The notes under the pieces were generated by a model. It made no database searches, was not told where the DNA came from, and was given only the letters and a program-made list of their open reading frames with translations. From contig JANJGN010000013.1 in NCBI GenBank assembly GCA_026770705.1, positions 57,722,001 through 57,786,000 on the forward strand: DNA of 64,000 nucleotides, read 5' to 3'. The translations under genes were made by a program, and so were the position numbers. Each line of letters opens with the position of its first letter. The first letter of the stretch is position 1. The stretch comes from Isurus oxyrinchus (lineage: Eukaryota). Shown here one piece after another: positions 38,302 through 50,259 of the stretch.

Positions 38302-38892
38302 TCACATCGCATTCCGAAAATTGTCTTCTTTCGTTGCTCGGACGGCCTCCTTCGAAAATGTTTCAAATCTTCTCAGAAACATTATTACTAGAATCAGAAG
38401 AATGACCTGAATGACAATGAAGGCGAAGAGCACGATCTGGCACACGAAGGCCATGTTACAATACCAATCCTGGCAAGTGGAGACAACTTCATCCTCCGTT
38501 AGATATAAGATCAGCCTTCCCTGGAGCTCCACTGGCGAGAAACACCTTATGTTCTTATACTGGCTTCGGTCCTCCTGCTTGAGAAGCCAGGATCTCAGGT
38601 ACAAAATGCTACAGTCGCAGGCCCATGGGTTATTGTCCAGTGAAACCGAACTCAGATTTTGCAGAGTGTCAAAGAGACCACTGGGGATGGAAGATAGCTT
38701 GTTGTTGTTTAACTTGAGCTTAGTGATGTCGGCTGCAAAGCGAATGGGAATTGTACTTACGTTCAACTCCAGCCTGCTGCAGTCGGCAGATGTCCCAGAA
38801 CAGCGACACGTTGGCGGGCATTGGAAGACCGCTACTCGGACCAAGGAGAGAAACACAAAAAATACTTCTTGCTGTCTCAGCAGTGACATCGT
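38302..38892 (-). CDS. GP1BB: Platelet/thrombocyte glycoprotein Ib beta chain, main coding exon
   Basis: Signal peptide, LRRNT (CPPTCRCSGTSADC), one LRR, LRRCT (NPWACDC...LRSWL...RCFSP..LQGRLILYLTEDE), TM helix and short tail. Lies downstream of SEPTIN5 as in mammals. Acceptor ttccag ends at 38893; in-frame ATG at 38889. Confidence 0.92.
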   Translation of the reverse strand, partial: TMSLLRQQEVFFVFLSLVRVAVFQCPPTCRCSGTSADCSRLELNVSTIPIRFAADITKLKLNNNKLSSIPSGLFDTLQNLSSVSLDNNPWACDCSILYLRSWLLKQEDRSQYKNIRCFSPVELQGRLILYLTEDEVVSTCQDWYCNMAFVCQIVLFAFIVIQVILLILVIMFLRRFETFSKEAVRATKEDNFRNAM

Positions 38893-39002
38893 CTGGAACA
38901 AAACTGGGGGGTTAGCTCGAAAAATAAGTTATGAGTGATAGAAAAACAAACACGGAGAATTATGGGTGCATCACTTTCAATATGCTAATCCATTTTACTC
39001 AC

Positions 39003-39056
39003 CTTAAATTTCACAAGAAACTTCGCGAACGGAATATAATCAAGAACAATCTTCAT
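39003..39056 (-). CDS. GP1BB: GP1BB upstream exon (possible 18-aa N-terminal extension, or 5' UTR)
   Basis: Donor AAG|gtgagt at 39002; ATG at 39056 gives MKIVLDYIPFAKFLVKFK in frame with exon 2. Confidence 0.55.
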
Positions 39057-40074
39057 CCAACGCGTTATTCCATATTTATATGTCCTTGGCAATCATGCTT
39101 GCTGCTGGTTGCGAGAAACCGAGAACATGTCTTTTTTTTTCAAATCTGCCATAAAATATCACAGATGAGATCGACAAAACGTCACACGTGATCGTACTTA
39201 TTACATTAAATGCTTCAATTACCTTTCTGCACCTTCTAATCGATATGTATCACCTCCCACTGTAACACTCCCGTCTTATCAGCTGAATTAAGAGAGATCA
39301 AATTCACATCCACTAATTGGGCACACGTAAGTTAAACCGAGGTAATTCAAATAAAACTCCCTCATTTTTTTCGACCACGCTGGGCGAAGAGAAGGATTTC
39401 TGTTATAGCTGATTACGGCGGCGAAGCAAGTAGAACCAGCCCTTCATCGTGTTAAGACTTACACGGATTATGCGCTGGATCAGAGCAACAACGGGAATTC
39501 ACCAAAAGGTCACCGAGTTCTGTAGTTATTAACCATTTTAGTTATAATGGGTTGGTTGATTCAAACTTGTGGGTTCATTTGCCGGATAATATTTCCGAGT
39601 AACTCGAGTCAACACGAAAGGGCATGGGAGACAATCCAGACACTGCCCTTTACTGGCTTATAATGTGTAAAATGAACTCGAGAAAAAGGCCAAGAGTTAT
39701 TGGGCTCATTCAGCAGATCCGATGAGTGCTTCAGTTCATCCAACCTATCGTCCAATTGCACTTAGAACTCGACTGCCTGGCAGGTTAGGTTATTCCAATT
39801 GTTCATCGCTTCTTCTAGAAAAGGCGTTTCCGCTAAAATTTGCTTTAACATGTTTAGCAACGAACTGAATATCATTGTTCACATCGAGTGAATCCACCTG
39901 CCCAAATTTAAACAGACAGTACCCATAGCACAAAATGTTTGAGTGTGATTCACTTCATTGTCTTTAAACAAATTAAGTCCTATCGAAACATCTTCTCTTG
40001 TAGACCCCGTTTCTTCAAATTGATCCAACTCTGGCTTACTGGGCATCCGCCACTTAATTGTCCGACCAATGAAG

Positions 40075-40960
40075 AAAGAATGCCTGTCTTATTTTCATCT
40101 CCGTAGAACCTCGGGATGTCCCACATTTACAGACACTCAGTACTTTTTTGAAGCGAGGTCACTGATGTAATGTAGGAAACGCGGCTCCCAATTTGCGCAG
40201 AGCAAGGTTAAACAGACATTAATGAGATAATGACCAGGCAATCTATTTTGTGATGCCGGTTCAGGGGTAAATGTTGGCCATGATACACGGGAGAACTCCA
40301 CCGCTCTTCCGATCCCAAAGGAGCTTTTCGGTTCACTCGAGAGGGCAGGTAGTTTGTTACTGTTTGGTTTAACTTCTTATCCACACCTCCAACAGTGCAT
40401 ACGAACATACAAATTAGGAGCAGGAGTAGGCCACTCGTCCCTCGAGCCTTCTCCTCATTCAATAAGATCATGGCTCACCTGAATGTAACCTCAACCCCAC
40501 ATTCCTCCCTATCCCCGATAACCTTTCACCCCTTGTTAATCAATAATCTATCGAACTTTGCCTTAAAAATATTCAAAGACACCACCTTTTGAGGAAGAGA
40601 GTTCCAAAGAATCACAATCCTCTGAGCGAAAAAAAAATCTCCTCATCTCTGTCTTAAATGAGCGACCCCATATTTTTAAACAGTGACCCCTAGTTCTAGA
40701 TTCTCCCACATGAGGAAACATCCTCTCCACATCCACCCTGTCAAGATCCCTCAGAATTTTAAATGTTTCAATTAAATTGCCTCTTACTCTTCTAAATTCC
40801 AGTGGATACAAGCCTAATCTGTTCAGCCTTTCCTTATAAGACACTTCTGGTAGCCTAGTAACCATTCTCTGATTTGCTTCTAATGCAGCATTCCCTCATA
40901 TTGCACTCAAGTCTCTGGAGTGGGACTTGAACTCATAACACCCTGTCTCAGAGGAAAGGG
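40075..40960 (-). mobile_element. tRNA-derived SINE (DeuSINE/SacSINE1-like) interrupted by a CR1 3' fragment (40395-40870)
   Basis: B-box-like gttcaagtccc on the - strand near 40925; body shared with 61635-62720 and 48170-48420; CR1 ORF 40563-40865. Confidence 0.6.
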
Positions 40961-40964
40961 TATT

Positions 40965-42485
40965 TTTTTTGGCAAAAGTATACTTTATTCATAAAATATC
41001 TGAAAGAACATTACAAAATATTTCAATGTGGCCATCACAGAAAGTGCAATGTTTGTCAAGTTTTCTACAAAGATCATGTTGCACTCTAAGGTGCTTCAAC
41101 ACAATTGTGATACATGTAATATTCACTGTATAAATTCAATGTGAATCATACAGCCTGAGAGTTCAATACAATTCCCAGCCTCTTGGTGCACAATGGCTGA
41201 AAGGTCTTAGACAGTGACCTTTCCCCATTGCACCTTTGTGGCAGCTGCCCCAAGCTTTAGTGCACCCCTCAGCATGTAGTCCTGGACTTTGGAGTGTGCC
41301 AGTCTGCAACACTAAGTGGGGAACAACTCTGCATTGGAAGACCAACAAATTTCAGGCAGACCAAAGCGCATCTTTCACTGAGTTGGGGCAGAATTTTCTG
41401 TTTGACATGCGGGGGGGCGGAACATGCATGCCAACATGTAAAATGGCACGCGGTGTCGTCAGGCGAGCGTCCCGACATCACCGCGCATCATCACAATATT
41501 TCAGTGGGCGGTGATGTCGCCATTAATTTATGGGCCACTTAAGGCCCTTGAGGCTCCAATTGATGGGGACTTTGCAGCACCCATGCATTCTTTGGCTCGT
41601 CACAAGGGTGTAATGGGCAGGTGGGTATCAGAAATTTGTATGAACCTCATCCATGGGCAGGAAAAGAGGGCTCAGTGGGGTCATGATTCTACAGATTTAA
41701 AAGTTATTGTACAAAAGTTATTAAAACTTGCCTGTGTGAGCTGGAAAACTTCAAAGCACATACCAGCTGCTTGGACTGGACTCATAATCTTCAGGTCAGC
41801 ACTTTGCAGTGAGAATTTGTTTTGGGGCCTGTAGGTTTCAGGAAGCTGCCCTGAGCCTAGGAATGGGAGGTGATCGCTCCACTGGAGGCACCTCCTCTGA
41901 GGAGGAAGGGAGGGCTGGAAGTGGGAGGAGGCCAGGAGTGCACATTCAGCCTCCAGGAGAGCCACCTTTGGGAGGACAGGCACAGGCACAAGGGGTGCAG
42001 GGCCACCAAGTAGTCCAAGGTGGAAGGAGCTGCAAAAGAACAACTAACCTGCTGCCAGGGTATACAGGCAGCAAAGCAGCTACCTCAATATATCTGAGGC
42101 GCAGCACAGAAGGAGGTTCCATCTGTCAAGGGAGACAGTCAACACTATCTGTCAGATGACTGAGCCAGAGATCTCCATGAATTGTGTGGGTGGACACCAC
42201 ATGCCTGTGGCTCTAAAGGTCACAGCTGCCCTCAACTTCTATGCCTCTGGCTCTTTCCAGTAATCAATTGGTGATCTGCCCTTGATGATCCTCCAGCTGC
42301 AGTTGATGTTTGTCTTGCTGTGTGTCCCTGGGAACAGCCCGTAGAGCACAGAGTCCTGTGTCACAGCACTGCTCGGGATCAACCTTGACAAAAACCACTG
42401 CATCTCTCTCCAGACCTTCTTTGTAAAGATACATTCCACAAGGAGGTGAACAAAAGTCTCTTTCCCTCCACAGCCATCTTGAGGG
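40965..42485 (-). mobile_element. L1/Tx1-like LINE 3' fragment, split by a Harbinger relic
   Basis: ECIFTKKVWREMQWFL...SVLYGLFPG (C-terminal zinc-finger region); AATAAA and poly(A) on the - strand near 40965-40990. Confidence 0.6.
41386..42262 (+). mobile_element. PIF/Harbinger DNA transposon 5' fragment
   Basis: Starts with TIR gggcagaatttt. About 42110-42260 reads RRFHLSRETVNTIC...MPVALKVTAALNFYASGSFQ, matching the Harbinger transposase N-terminus. Confidence 0.75.
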
Positions 42486-44209
42486 CAATGTGCAGAGGAG
42501 GTGAGACTCTGGTGTGTCTCAGAGGAAAGAGTACTACCAACTGATGCACAACTGACACTAGTTGTGGTACTGCCTCATATACCTTAAAGTATACCTTAGT
42601 TTCTGGAAGTCTCACCTCAAGCTTCCCCACCTCTCCTCCTTTAACATTTCCTTAAGACTTATTTATTTCAGCAAGTTTTTAGTAACCCATCCATATCAAT
42701 GCTTCTTTAACTCCGTATCAATTTTGTCTAATTACCCTCCTGTTGGGATGGTAATTAGCTTATGCATATTTAATTGTTTATACATATTTAAGGCATTTTT
42801 AAAATACAAATACTCATTGTTGAAACTAAACCAATGTAACATTTTTTTGCAAGCTCTGAGAGACCTTGGAATAATTCTTAGATATTCCTGAGGAATTTTC
42901 ACCCTTTGTTTTGAAAGCTATGTGTAGCAAAGTGAGTACCATAGAATGAAAATACCATTGTTCCCTTGTAACTAACACTCATGGTTATGGAGGGAGTTTT
43001 TTTTCTCTTCTTACATTTTCCAGCAAGAGCATAGATTTTGTCTTACAGTGAATTCAGGCAATTTTTAACATACTACAGTTGTCATCCTTTCCTGAAATAC
43101 AGCACAGAGGATGACAGGTTGGGTGTCTATAACAAAGCCCCTCTTGCCTTTGAGGACAAACTTGTCAAATTGTTATTTTCTTGGAGGACAATGGTACTTT
43201 ACACATTCATTGCCTCACTCAGGAGAAATTAGAATTTGAGTTGCTATCAGATATCAGAAACACACTTTTTTGAATGTTAATATCTGCTGATTTACAGACC
43301 TTGGACCAGGCGAATTTAATTTCTCTGATTACTGAATTATTAAAGGAACAGAATGGCAGTAATGCATGGACATCAAACTTCAGCCCACAAGTTATGAGAA
43401 TTGACATCAACAGAATGACAGTAACATTAAAGAATTCTGCTGATGTAGGTTACAGTGTATCTGATCTATTAAGTTTTCATGGGAGACCTGGAGGTAATAT
43501 TTTTTGTGGGGATTCTCCCAACCGCTTGTCACAATTCAGCAGTAACCTCAACGAAAATCTTAATTAGCTGTGTATGCAATTTCTGCAGTTTTCACTAAAG
43601 CTACAGTGGAAGAATCCATCTGGAGAATTTCCCCAAGAACTCCAACATCATTCAAATACATTACATAGTGAAGGGCAAAGCAAAACATTTGTTCAAATGT
43701 TGTGTTTGATGCTGGGGTGCACAATGGGCCTCAGCAATTGATATGAAGCTCCTGCAGGCAGTCACAGTCCTTTTCTCCAAACAAGCTTATCAGCTTGAAA
43801 TGTACATAGCTTAAGAAATATATTTTAACATCTTAAAGACTAATAATACCTTTATTTGCATGGCACCCTCTATAGCTCGCTCTGTGTTCATGGAACATTC
43901 AACTATAGGCAAAGTCATTATTACTTTTAGGCTGCAATCATTGGTCCAAAAAGCTGGTACTTTTCTGGAGAAACAGGAGAATGCCGTGGTAACTCATGAC
44001 CTTTGCTAAACTACTTGTCCTAAATAGAGGGCAATTGTTAATTTTGGTGTCCAGTTCTACACATACAAAGGTGAAGGGTTTGAATTATAGGAATACCAGC
44101 CTGCTTAACCTTTTCAAAGTGAACATAAAATGGAAGAATTGGGACACATGCTAAATTGTACAACAGATCTTGGTTTCCAGGGTTGAGTGAAAAGAGAAAA
44201 TCTCATCTT

Positions 44210-44850
44210 TTATTTATTCGTTTATGGGGTGTGGGCATCGCTGGCTAAGCCAAGATTTACTGCCCATCTCTAAGTGCCCTTGAGGAGGTGACGGTGAGCT
44301 GCATTCTTGAACTGCTGCAGTCCATGTGGTGCAGGTACACCCACAGTGCTGTTAGAAAGGGAGTTCCAGGATTTTGACCCAGTGACAATGAAGGAACAGT
44401 GATATATTTCCAAGTCAGAGTGGTGAGTGGCTTGGAGGGGAACTTGCAGGTGTTAATATTACCAAGTGTCTGCTACCCTTGTCCTTCTAGATAGTAGTGG
44501 TCATGGGTTTGGAAGGTGCCATCGAAGGAGCCTTGGTGAGTTCCTGAAGTGCATCTTGTAAATGGTACACACTAGTGCTACTGTGCATTGATGGTGGAGG
44601 GAGTGAAAGTTTGTGGAAGGGGTGCCAATTAAGCGGACTGCCTTGTCCTGGACGGTGTTGAACTTCTTGAGTGTTGTAGGTGCTGCGCTCACCCAGGCAA
44701 GTGATACTCCTAACCTGTGCCTTGTAGATGGTGGACAGGCTTTGGGAAGTCAGGGGGTGAGTTACTCACTGCAGAATTCCCAGCCCCTGACCTGCTCTTG
44801 TAGCCACAGTATTTATATGACTAGTCCAGTTCAGCTTCTGGTCAATGGTA
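44210..44850 (-). mobile_element. LINE (CR1/L2-group) 3' fragment
   Basis: ORF 44501-44692 MSAAPTTLKKFNTVQDKA. Confidence 0.8.
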
Positions 44851-45810
44851 TCCGCCATCAGGAAACTGATGAATGCATTCTCTCACTTCTAACCTCCAGC
44901 ATCTTATTAGGTCTTAACCTTTCTTATTTTATTTTTTAATACTATCCACGCATTTGTTTCTTTGAACTTGCCTCCATTATTGCTTGCAATTTCCAAAATG
45001 CATTCTTTTATACTTTAATACAGTACTTCATACTCTAACCAATTCTCTGCTCCAACAACAAAACTGGGAAAGCCTTTAACAAAAGCAAAATACCATGCAT
45101 GCTGAAAATCCGCAATTAAGAGCAGAAATCATTGGACGCATCAGGCTACCTAACATCTAGTGGAATAAAAGCAGAACTAGCGTTTCGGGTCGATAATGTA
45201 AGGTCATCGATCTGTAAGTTAATTATTTCCCTCTCCATACATGCTGCCTGAGCTGCTGAACGTTGCCATAATGTTTTTGTTTTTATTCATTAAGCAGTTA
45301 CCTCCTTCAGTCATCCTTTCTTCTTACCTGAATTGGGCGTCAACGTCTTACATTTATTTGCTTTTTCTCTCTCCAGTCGTTTCAGTCTTGGTGCTGGGGC
45401 GCACAATGGGCCTCAGCAATCGATATGAAGCTCCTGCAGGCTGTCACGGTCCTTTTCTCAAAACAGGCTTATCAGCTTCGTTGGCTGCCAATTATATCCG
45501 GCCATGGTAGCAGAGCAGATGAATTGGCGTTTTTCTCCTTGGTTTATCTCTGACACCCTGTTGGAGTTGCATCCTATCTCAGCATGACAAGGAAGAATGT
45601 CAAATAGAGTTCAGACTTTCGCAAGAACTTGCATCAGTTGTCGCCGTTGTTGCCCTACTGCTGGATTTATAGTGCACCTCCTCCGCAGCACAGTCGTGAT
45701 GTTCCTGGTCTGGTAATCCATAAGCCTGGTTGAATGTTCCGGCGACATAAACCAAAATTCCAACTCGGCAGCTGGTCAAATTTAGATTTAATTTGTAAAT
45801 CTGTAATAAA

Positions 45811-46000
45811 GGTCTTCAAAATAAAACGTCTCTTGGAGATCAACATGCTACTGTCACTTAAGTATATACGTCTGTCTGTCACAGTTACGTTCAAACAATG
45901 CACATTTTTCAATTGCTTGTCCCACTCAAACCTTGGAATGGCTTGCGGGTGTCTCCTGATCAGATGCACAAACATTGGCGACAAAACCACATCTCCAACT
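45811..46000 (-). pseudogene. AMD1: Processed S-adenosylmethionine decarboxylase pseudogene fragment
   Basis: IPRFEWDKQLKNVHCL...LSDSSMLISKRRFILKT matches AMD1 IPRSEWDILLKDVQCS...LSESSMFVSKRRFILKT. The preceding frame gives LEMWFCRQ...*SGD (LEVWFSRQ...SGD). Contains a frameshift and a stop, with no introns. Confidence 0.85.
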
Positions 46001-46004
46001 GCCA

Positions 46005-46920
46005 TTTTTTCCATTCTTTCATGGGTGTGGGCTTCGTTGACTAGGGCAGCATTAATTACCTATCCCTAATAGCCCTTGCGAAGTTGGTGGTGCGGGCCAT
46101 CTTCAACTGCTGCCACCCCTGTGGTGCAGGAATACCCACGGTGCTGTTAGGGAGAGAGTTCCAGGATTTTGAACCAGCGACAGTGAAGGAATGGCGATAT
46201 ATTTCAAAGTCAGGATCGTGTGTGGCTTGGAAGGGAACTTGCAGCTGGTGGTGTTCCCATGCATCTGCTGCCCTTATCCTAGTAGGTGGTAGAGGTCACA
46301 GGTTTCGAAGCTGCTGTTGAAAGAGCTTTGGTGGGTTCCTGCTGTGCATTTGGTAGAATAGATGGTACACATTGTTGCCACTGTGCATTGGTGGTGGAGG
46401 GAGTGAATGTTATAGGTGGTGAAAAAAAAGATAAAAACAAAAAACTGCGGATGCTGGAAATCCAAAACAAAAACAGAATTACCTGGAAAACTCAGCAGGT
46501 CTGGCAGCATCAGCGGAAAGAAAAGAGTTGACATTTCGAGTCCTCATGACCCTTCCACAGAACTGAGTTCTGTGGAAGGATCATGAGGACTCGAAACGTC
46601 AACTCTTTTCTTCTCCGCCGATGCTGCCAGATCTGCTGAGTTTTTCCAGGTAATTCTGTTTTTGTTAGAGGTGGTGGATGGGGCACCAATCATGCAGATT
46701 GCTTTGTCCTGGATGATGTCCAGCTTCTTGAGTTGTTGGAGCTGCGCTCATCCAGGCAAGTGGAGAGTATTCAATTATACTGCTGACTTGTGCCTTGTAG
46801 AAGTTGGACAGACTCTAGGGAGTCAGGAGTTGAGTTACTCACTGCAGAATTTCCAGTCCCTGTCCTACTTTTGTAGCCACAGTATTTACATGGCTCGTCC
46901 AGTTCAGTTTCTGGTCCACT
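46005..46920 (-). mobile_element. LINE (CR1/L2-group) 3' fragment hosting a PLE palindrome
   Basis: Reverse complement of the family at 1-920, interrupted at 46422-46662. Confidence 0.8.
46422..46662. mobile_element. Palindromic PLE-terminus insertion
   Basis: Arms centred on 46565; TSD tgtta(t/g)aggtggtg at 46408-46421 and 46663-46676. Confidence 0.88.
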
Positions 46921-47399
46921 AATGTCTGGATCACTAATGTCCTTCAACAATACCCTGGAAGGATATCTGCTATCCTTACACTACCCTATGTGTAACTCCA
47001 GACCTATGGCCTTCTGAAATGGCCAAGCAAGCCAGTTTGTTGTATCAAATCGCTACAGAAAAGTTAAAATAAAACTCTCTTCTAGCATTATGAATGTACC
47101 TACACCACATGGACTGCAGCAGTTCAAGAAGGCAGTTCACCATCAGCTTCTCAACGGCAATTAGGGATGGCAATAAATGTCAACCTTGCCAGTGATGCCT
47201 ACACCCCATGAATGAATAATATGAAAAAATGGAATATGAACAGTATATTGGCACCTGTGTAAGGAATGAAAGTTAGAGGAAATTGAAGTCAAAAAATGGT
47301 GAATAATAGAACATAAAAACATAAGAAAAAGAAACAGGAATAAACCCTACTACCTTTAAGCCTGCTCTACCACTCTATAGGGTTATGGCTGATCTTCTG

Positions 47400-47875
47400 C
47401 CTTAAGAAGCTTGTCACCATCCAGGGCAAAGTAGCCTGTATAACTGTCACCCTATCAATTATCTCAAACACTCACTCCTTCCATCAGTGATGCTCAGTAG
47501 CAGCAGTGTTTACCATCTAAAAGATGCACTGTACCAATTCACCAAGGGTCCTTTGACAGCACCTTACAAACCCATGATCTCTACCACCTAGAAGGACAAG
47601 GGCAGCAGATGCATGGGAACACCTCCACCTGCAAGTTCCATTCCAAGCCATGCACCATCCTGACTTGGAACTATATCACCGATCCTTCACTATCACTGAG
47701 TCAGAATCCTGGAATTCTCTCCCTAACAGCACTGTGGGCATACCATGTGTACATAGACTGCAGCGATTTAAGAAGGCAACTCACCACCACTTTTTCAAGA
47801 GCAATTAGGATGGGCAATATATGCTGGTCTAGCCAATGATGCCCACATCCCATGAATGAATAAATAAAAAAAATA
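47400..47875 (+). mobile_element. LINE (CR1/L2-group) 3' end
   Basis: Same 3' UTR as 600-920, ending atgaatgaataaataaaaaaa. Confidence 0.75.
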
Positions 47876-48439
47876 GGGCTGCTTAATGTAAACCAATTTC
47901 AAGCTGATGTTGTCATGATTTTGGCCTTTATAAATGCCTTCTTTTAACGCTTATTGTAAAATCAGTACAGCATTACAACTGAGTTCCAGGTTACTGATAC
48001 TACGATACAGAAGCACCACATTAGTATGCTGAAACCAACTGAAGCATGGGGTGACAAATTCAGCTTTTTGACTGAATTGCATAGTTTTGGTGCATGAGTC
48101 AAAAACATTCTAAAGTTGTAAATAGAAGTTTAAACTTAAACATATAAGTTCTTCTGAAATGGACAGGAAATGCATTATTCAAAGAGCAGCAACGTTCTTT
48201 TGCTGTCCTGCCTAATATTTATGCTTTACCTAACATCACTCAAACAATGTGTAAGGTCATTTATCTTACTACACTTTGTGGGTCCCTGTTGTGAGCAAAT
48301 TGGCTCCCTTCCTTTTCTGCATTGTAGCAATGACCACACATAAAAAGTAGTTCATTGATGCGAAGTGCTCCAGGCTGTGTTGATGTCATGAAAAGCAATA
48401 TATGAATGAAATATCTTTCTTCTTCAATTTACCATTGTA

Positions 48440-50150
48440 AGGAACGAATATGGTAACAGGAATAGGCCATTCAACCACTGGAGTCTGTCATGCCATTTGA
48501 TAACATTATGGATGATCTGCATCCTAACTTCATTCACCCAACTTTGTTCCCTATCCATTAATACCGCTCTGAAACAAAAATCTATCAATCTCAGATTTAA
48601 AATTGTTATTTAAACTAGCATCTACTGCTTTTTGTGGGAGAGAGTTTCATACCTTTCCCACAAGCAGAAAAAGCTTCTCTTACCCTATTAATTCTTTCCA
48701 AAATCCTAAAATCCTCAATTAAATCACCTCTTAAACATTCAATATCCTGGAATACATGCTAGTTTGTGTAATCTGTCCTCATCAAATAACCTTTGAGCCC
48801 TCATAACGTTCTGGTGAATCTGGGCTACACTTCATTCAAGGCCAATATACCCTTTCTAAGTTGTGATGTCCAGAACAGTGCACAGTACTCCACATGTGGT
48901 CTAACTAGACTTTTGAATAGCTAAGACAGAACTTCCTCCATTTTATATTCTAGCCCTCTAGTTATAAAAGCTAACCTTTCATTAGCCTTATTGTTTTTTT
49001 TTATACCTGACTGGCCTTTACAAATCCATTTTGGGCTTCTCTAATCAGGTCAAGTTTCTCTAATTTGTTCAATCATTCTGCCCTTAATGATAGATTCCAA
49101 TAACTCCACCAGAAAAGATGTCAGACTAACTGATTATTGCTTTCCTGGTTTCACTGTCTCATCATTCTGCAATTTGCAATTGTCCAAACAAAAGGGACAA
49201 TTTCTCAATTAAAAGACCTTTGGAACAGTATAGCTAATATTTCTGCTAAAACACCAGTGGTTTTCTCCTCTATCTCCTTTAAAACCTTGTGGTGGAAACC
49301 ATCAGGTTCAGGGTATTTGCAGTCTTTAGTGCTATTATATTTTCTTGTCTTCAATATTCTAGTCAGTTCCAGTACTTGATTCATTATTAATTTTCTTGGA
49401 ATTTCAGATATTATCCTCTTTCTATTGTAAAGGCTAAGATGATGTAGTTAGTCAACAAGTCTGCCATTTCCTTATTTTCATGTGAAATATTAACTGCACC
49501 TGTGTTAAGTGCCCTGCATTACCCTTTGCCCGTTTTTCTAATATATTTGTAAATGTTTCTTTGTTAATTTTGATATCCCTCACAAATTTCGCTTTTCACA
49601 GCTCTCACTTTGCTGTTCTTTATATCCCTCCCAATTCCCTGGATTTACACTATTCTTGGTACTTTATTTGCTCTTCCTTTTAGTTTTATGTCATTTATCA
49701 GCTATGTTTTTTTTATCTGGTAAGTGGATGTCTTTATCGTTTGGGTGTGTATTGGTCCTGTATTAAGTTAACTTTTTTGTTGACCATCTCCCACTGTTCA
49801 TCTGTTATACCCAGTAACAGTTTTGACATGTTTGCTGTCATTCACCTCTGCCTCATTGTATTAAAGTTAACTTTGACAAAATCCAAAGCCTTGATAATAG
49901 CTAAATGTCTGCTTTTCAAACCTAATATTGAAACTGATCATATTACAATCATAGTTGCTTAATGATCTAACATCAAGAGGACAGTTATCTAAATGGTTAT
50001 TTGTGTTAGTAAATCCAATATTGTCTGCTGCCTTGCAATTCTAGAACATACTGTCCCAGAAAACTATATTGAATGCTCTCAAAAATGATACAACCTTTCT
50101 GACTTGAGCTCTTCCGTTCTTTCCAATCTATTCTAAAATTAAAGTCTCCC
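48440..50150 (-). mobile_element. Old CR1 LINE fragments
   Basis: Reverse-strand CR1 3' UTR and degenerate ORF2 (ttagaccacatgtggagtactgtgcactgttctgg on the - strand). Confidence 0.55.
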
Positions 50151-50259
50151 ATTTCAACAAGTTACCTACATTACAGCAGTGACCACACTTCAATAGTAGT
50201 TCATTGGCTGTAAAGTAGTTTTAGATGTTCTGAGATTGTGAAAGGCACTATATAAATTC

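Noticed and set aside
38302-38901. GP9 as the identity of the LRR protein
   Set aside because: GRLILYLTEDE, the extra juxtamembrane Cys pair, the longer tail and the position next to SEPTIN5 all fit GP1BB.
38411-38938. 175-aa + strand ORF
   Set aside because: Antisense shadow of GP1BB.
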